Part shown: piece after piece, positions 59,658-64,000 of the stretch
How positions within the stretch are numbered: the stretch's first letter is position 1
Layout: each line of letters opens with the position of its first letter
From: Syntrophales bacterium
Lineage (GTDB): Bacteria; Desulfobacterota; Syntrophia; Syntrophales; UBA2210
Length of the DNA: 64,000 bases
Assembly: GCA_963666365.2 (NCBI GenBank)
Contig: CAXXNF010000002.1
Location: forward strand, 576,001-640,000
Direction of reading: 5' to 3'
The notes under the pieces: model-generated
Told to the model about the DNA's origin: nothing
Databases searched by the model: none
Seen by the model: the letters and a program-made list of their open reading frames with translations, nothing else
Position numbers and translations under genes: made by a program

Positions 59658-61165
59658 AACTACTATTCAATCGCAGTACTTTATTAAAAATATCTATTAG
59701 TTATATACACATGAGTCTTCTGTGTCTCGCCGTTGCTGGAACGTCATTCGGATACAATCTCGACAGCAGAGTCCAGAAATTCACATTGAAAAACGGTATC
59801 AGAATTCTTGTGCTTGAACGAGACATAAGCCCGACTGCTTCGTTCTACATACGGCATAAAGTGGGCGCTGTTGATGATGGATGCAGTCAGACGGGAATGG
59901 CACACTTTCTTGAGCATATGCGATTCAAGGGAACAACATCACTGGGAACGAACGATTACAAGAAGGAATCGGAGATCCTCAAGGCGATTGATCACACCAT
60001 TCAGTTTCTGGATGTTGAAAATGCAAAAGAAAGCCCTGATGCTGAACGTATAGGTCAATTAGAAGAGGAACTAAAGAAGCTCAGCCGGGAACAGGAGCAA
60101 TACGTGATCGCAAATGAAATCGATCGCCTTTACACAGAAAACGGCGCCGTTAATATGAATGCATCCACAGGATACGATTTGACCACATATCATGTCAGTC
60201 TGCCCTCAAACAAGATGGAATTATGGGCTAGGATCGAGTCCGACCGGTTACTGAACCCCGTATTCAGGGGATTCATGTCCGAACGCAAGGTAATCATAGA
60301 AGAGCGGGAACAAACAGTGGAATCCAATCCGGAGAGGAAACTGATGGAGCTTTTTCTTGCTACGGCCTTTACTGTGCATCCCTATAGACGGCCCATTCTC
60401 GGTTGGAAATCCGATATGCCCCATCTGAACAAAAACTACATGAAGGAATTTTTCAGCACCTATTACGTTGCCGAAAATACGGTAATTGCCGTTGTGGGGA
60501 ATGTAGTCGCCTCTGATGTGGTGGAGGTGATTGACCGGTATTTCGGCGGCATGCCTGCAAAGCCGCTTCCTCGCGTGAGAATAACGGATGAACCGCCACA
60601 AGCGGGTGAACGAAGGATTGCGCTTATCGCCGAGGCGGAGCCCAGGCTGATTATTGGATATCAGAAGCCGACCATGCCGTCGAATGATGATTATATCTTT
60701 GATGTTATCGATGTCATCCTTTCGGGAGGGCGGTCATCACGTCTTTATAAGCGCCTGGTCAAGGAGAAGGGCATCGCCTCGGAAGTGGAAACTGCCAATG
60801 GATTTCCCGGCGCGCGATATTCAAATCTTTTTACTGTCTTTGCGTCGCCAAAGGCCCCCTACAAAAACAGTGATCTTGAAAACGCCCTTTATGAGGAGAT
60901 CGAAGCGCTTAAAAACACCGCTGTAGGTCCAGATGAGATGGAAAAAGCAAAGAATCAAATCAAAGCCGATTTTGTGCGCAGCCTCTCCTCCAACAGCGGG
61001 CTTGCAGGGATGCTTTCCTATTTCGAGGCTCTTACAGGGGATTATCGCTATATAACGAAATACCTCGACAGGATTGAGAAAGTCAGTCCAGAGGAAATAA
61101 AGAAAGTGGCTGCAACATATTTAACCTCCAAAAACAGAACCGTCGCACTGCTTCAAAAGGATTGA
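59654..61165 (+). CDS. M16 family zinc peptidase, catalytic subunit
   Basis: GMAHFLEH (HxxEH), NAST, EER, HPYRRPILGW. Confidence 0.9.
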   Translation: MKLLFNRSTLLKISISYIHMSLLCLAVAGTSFGYNLDSRVQKFTLKNGIRILVLERDISPTASFYIRHKVGAVDDGCSQTGMAHFLEHMRFKGTTSLGTNDYKKESEILKAIDHTIQFLDVENAKESPDAERIGQLEEELKKLSREQEQYVIANEIDRLYTENGAVNMNASTGYDLTTYHVSLPSNKMELWARIESDRLLNPVFRGFMSERKVIIEEREQTVESNPERKLMELFLATAFTVHPYRRPILGWKSDMPHLNKNYMKEFFSTYYVAENTVIAVVGNVVASDVVEVIDRYFGGMPAKPLPRVRITDEPPQAGERRIALIAEAEPRLIIGYQKPTMPSNDDYIFDVIDVILSGGRSSRLYKRLVKEKGIASEVETANGFPGARYSNLFTVFASPKAPYKNSDLENALYEEIEALKNTAVGPDEMEKAKNQIKADFVRSLSSNSGLAGMLSYFEALTGDYRYITKYLDRIEKVSPEEIKKVAATYLTSKNRTVALLQKD

Positions 61166-61169
61166 TCTC

Positions 61170-62600
61170 GTGAAAAAAATCATTTCTGCTAGAGGGTTAC
61201 TTGCCTTCGTTTTTGCACTGTTTCTCATATGGCCGGCCATGTCGTATCCGCGGGAAATGAAGAGTCCCGCGGAAATCGTATATGCTCCCCTCACCTTTTC
61301 CCCTCCCAAAGCGGAGCGGGTCCAACTCGAAAACGGGATTGTACTCTACCTCATAGAAGATCACGAATTGCCTCTCATCCAGATATCCTTGGTGTTGAGA
61401 ACGGGATCGGTCTATGATCCCCCGGGATTGGAAGGACTGGCGGAAATTACGGGAGAGGTGATGCGCACGGGGGGAACGGAGAGCATGAGCGGTGACGAAA
61501 TCGATGAACTATTGGATTTGATTGCCGCCGATGTAGATGTTTCTATCGAACGTGAAACCGGATCAGCAACATATTCCAGCTTAAAAGATGATCTGGACCG
61601 GGGACTTTCTATCTTTTCACGTATTCTTATGAAGCCGAAATTCATGGAAAAAAAGGTTGCCCGTGCAAAAGAACTCAAAATTGATGAACTAAAACGCATC
61701 AACGATAGCCCGCAAAAACTTGCATTTCGTGAATTTGCAAAAGTGCTTTTCAAGGGTGACAAAAGGGGTCAACAGGCATCAATTGAATCCGTCAATCGTA
61801 TTGCCCGACAAGATCTCATTGACTTTCATGAAAGATATTTTTTTCCTTCAAATATTATGATGGCCGTGGCGGGTGACTTTTCAAAAGATGAACTGTGTAA
61901 AAAAATAGACCGTTACTTCGGATCATGGCGGTCTTCTGCATCAATCAATCGTATAGCTTCCCCGGACAGACTGCGTAAAGGAGGCCTATACTATTTGTAT
62001 AAAGACAGTCCCCAGTCCGTGTTCATTACCGGACAGATAGGCCCGGGACAACGGGACCGCAACTATTATGCAATGGAAGTGCTTGATTTTATAGTGGGAA
62101 GCGGTGGTTTTAAGTCCCGTATTTTCAGTGAAGTGCGAAATAAACGGGGACTTGCCTACAGTGCCGGCAGTTTTTATTCCCCTCGGGACGAGTACGGCAT
62201 TTTCGGCGCCTACGCCATGACACGGCCGAATGCAACGGCAGAAGTCACATCGGTTATACTTTCAATTCTTGAAGAAATTAAGACTTCGCCTGTTGACGGT
62301 TCAGTGCTGAGATGGGCAAAGGATTCCATTACCAATCGATTCGTATTTTCCTTTACCTCCGCGGCTCAGATTGCACGACAGCAAATGATGATCGAATTTG
62401 ACGGTCTGGAGCAGAGTTTCATGGAGACCTTTTGCCGGATGATCGAAGAAGTTACGGCTGACGACGTAAAACACGCAGCAGCCACCTACTTCAACGAAGA
62501 GACGAGGACAATATTTGTACTGGGTAACAGCGCTCATTTCGATAAGCCCCTTTCCACCTTTGGTGAAGTGATAAAGATCGAAAAGAAAGAGGGCGAGTGA
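61170..62600 (+). CDS. M16 family peptidase, non-catalytic partner
   Basis: Lacks HxxEH; SRIFSEVRNKRGLAY motif; signal peptide. Confidence 0.85.
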   Translation: MKKIISARGLLAFVFALFLIWPAMSYPREMKSPAEIVYAPLTFSPPKAERVQLENGIVLYLIEDHELPLIQISLVLRTGSVYDPPGLEGLAEITGEVMRTGGTESMSGDEIDELLDLIAADVDVSIERETGSATYSSLKDDLDRGLSIFSRILMKPKFMEKKVARAKELKIDELKRINDSPQKLAFREFAKVLFKGDKRGQQASIESVNRIARQDLIDFHERYFFPSNIMMAVAGDFSKDELCKKIDRYFGSWRSSASINRIASPDRLRKGGLYYLYKDSPQSVFITGQIGPGQRDRNYYAMEVLDFIVGSGGFKSRIFSEVRNKRGLAYSAGSFYSPRDEYGIFGAYAMTRPNATAEVTSVILSILEEIKTSPVDGSVLRWAKDSITNRFVFSFTSAAQIARQQMMIEFDGLEQSFMETFCRMIEEVTADDVKHAAATYFNEETRTIFVLGNSAHFDKPLSTFGEVIKIEKKEGE

Positions 62601-62620
62601 AGTCGGCTTTAAATAATAGC

Positions 62621-64000
62621 TGACAAGTGTCAGGACATAGGTAACCCAGTCTTAAAAGTAAAAAGTGTCAGGACATAGGTTACCCACGGCCACATTGCGT
62701 GCCTAATCTTTAGGCATTCGATAATCCAAAACATGAACACATTCATCGCCCAAATATACCTGGATGCGATGAATCGCCGTTACAATAGCTGCTCTCACGT
62801 ATGAGTACACAAGCTCTTTGGAAAGCTCAAATTTTTCACCAAAGATGTCGAGCATCCGGTCACTACGGATAAACCTGACGATGTGAATCGTCCCGTCAGG
62901 AATCCCATTGATCTTCGGCAGTTTGGTATTGGCTCCCAAGGTCACGGGTACAAAATTTTCGTCTGATATCATCTCTTCGGGCGTCTTTCCTTTGAGACAA
63001 CTGTATCGGTGATGCTTGTTGTGAAAGCGCTGAAAATGTTTGCTCTGCTCTTTCAATGCGCCGTAACTGGCAAACCATTGTCTGCGAAAGAACTTTTTGT
63101 TGTAGGTGTCGTTAAAATTTTCTACGACGCCATTGCGCCACGGTTCGCCGATCGGAATAAACACCGGCTGTACTCCGTAGTGTAAACACAGTTTCAGCAC
63201 AATTCCCAATGAGCGAGGATAGCGGTTGCTCCCACGGAAACTGAGCGCATTATCAAACTGTAGAAAATCCGGCAGTCCAAGCGTCTTCCAGACCCTCATC
63301 AGGTTGGACGCCACCTGGCCGTCCTCTTTCGTTCTTTGAGATTCTATACGTACCTTGTGACTGTAAATGTCGATCACGTTCATGGAGTAAAATTTGCCGT
63401 CTCCTTTGATATAGCGCGGTCCGACAAGATCCATCTGGTGTATGTTGTTGCAGCAGAGCGCCTCCCGGAAGTACGGATATTCGACACCTTTGGGAACGTA
63501 GGCAGTTTTTTTTAACGAGACCTTCTTGCGTGATTATTCGGGTAATTGTTCTATCAGATGGAAATTCTACCCCCAGTTTCGTCATCTCCCATTTGATCGC
63601 CGATACGCCAATCTGAGCGTAACGTTCGGATTCCAAACGTTTTCTGATGGATACAATAAGCTCTCGTTCTTCTTCCCTCGTCTTGGTCGGCGTGGTAAGC
63701 GGAGACTTGGATCTGTCTTTGTACCAATCCTTGTCTCCAGAGTGATACCGCTTCAACCATTTGAAAAACCACTTTTTTGAGCGCTTGATCTCTTGGTAAA
63801 TTGCCTTCGGCTCTTCTCCTCCTGTGACGTGACGAAGTATCGCTTGTTTTCTGAGCTCTTCCTCCATCATTCAGTTCCATCTCCTTTCTTGTTTTTAAAA
63901 GGAGAGACAGTATATAAAAAATAATCGTTCAGGGTAACCTATGTCCTGACACCAAAATCGGCTTTAAAAGTAACCCATGTCATGACACTTTTGGGTAACC
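62621..64000 (-). mobile_element. IS481-like insertion sequence, one end beyond the window
   Basis: Repeated end motifs TGTCAGGACATAGGTWACCC at 62628 and 62666; inverted copies at 63932, 63970 and 63993 onward; HTH+DDE transposase between them. Confidence 0.8.
62703..63870 (-). pseudogene. DDE transposase split by a +1 frame offset at an A8 run (63513-63506)
   Basis: HTH part ends GLVKK; with one fewer A it continues TAYVPKG...HQMDLVG...FDN...NGVVENFN. Confidence 0.75.

Noticed and set aside
62603..63968. TCGGCTTTAAA at 62603 and 63958 as a target-site duplication
   Set aside because: The second copy lies between the element's end repeats rather than outside them
1..64000. CRISPR array, cas genes, rRNA or known defence systems
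   Set aside because: No repeat-spacer array or recognisable genes of these kinds seen on reading the window

Overview
64-kb bacterial chromosome segment. Gene content suggests an anaerobic deltaproteobacterium (Desulfobacterota/Syntrophales-like); this is inference only. In order: purH 3' end; a Liv-type ABC transporter; a selenocysteine formate dehydrogenase operon (fdhE, fdnGHI) with a clear SECIS; an incomplete mannose-class PTS cluster with rimI-pyrK-pyrD; an SPFH/zinc-ribbon pair; S10 peptidase and lpdA; a three-gene respiratory operon; two MtaD-like deaminases; tRNA-Leu(UAA) carrying an ~8.8-kb integrated satellite-like element with an internal IS630; small accessory genes; a dif-like site; dnaE, guaB and dtd; a tandem dynamin-like GTPase pair; a radical SAM gene; an M16 protease pair; and an IS481-like element running off the right edge. 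Main finding: two ORFs called separately (28423-28749 and 26704-28260) are one frame joined by a single in-frame UGA. Read as selenocysteine, this gives a 674-aa exported octaheme cytochrome with tetrathionate-reductase-like heme spacing (motif GKW-U). It lies in an apparent operon with an exported tandem rhodanese and a nonaheme cytochrome c/cytochrome b fusion, a candidate selenium-dependent sulfur-respiration module.
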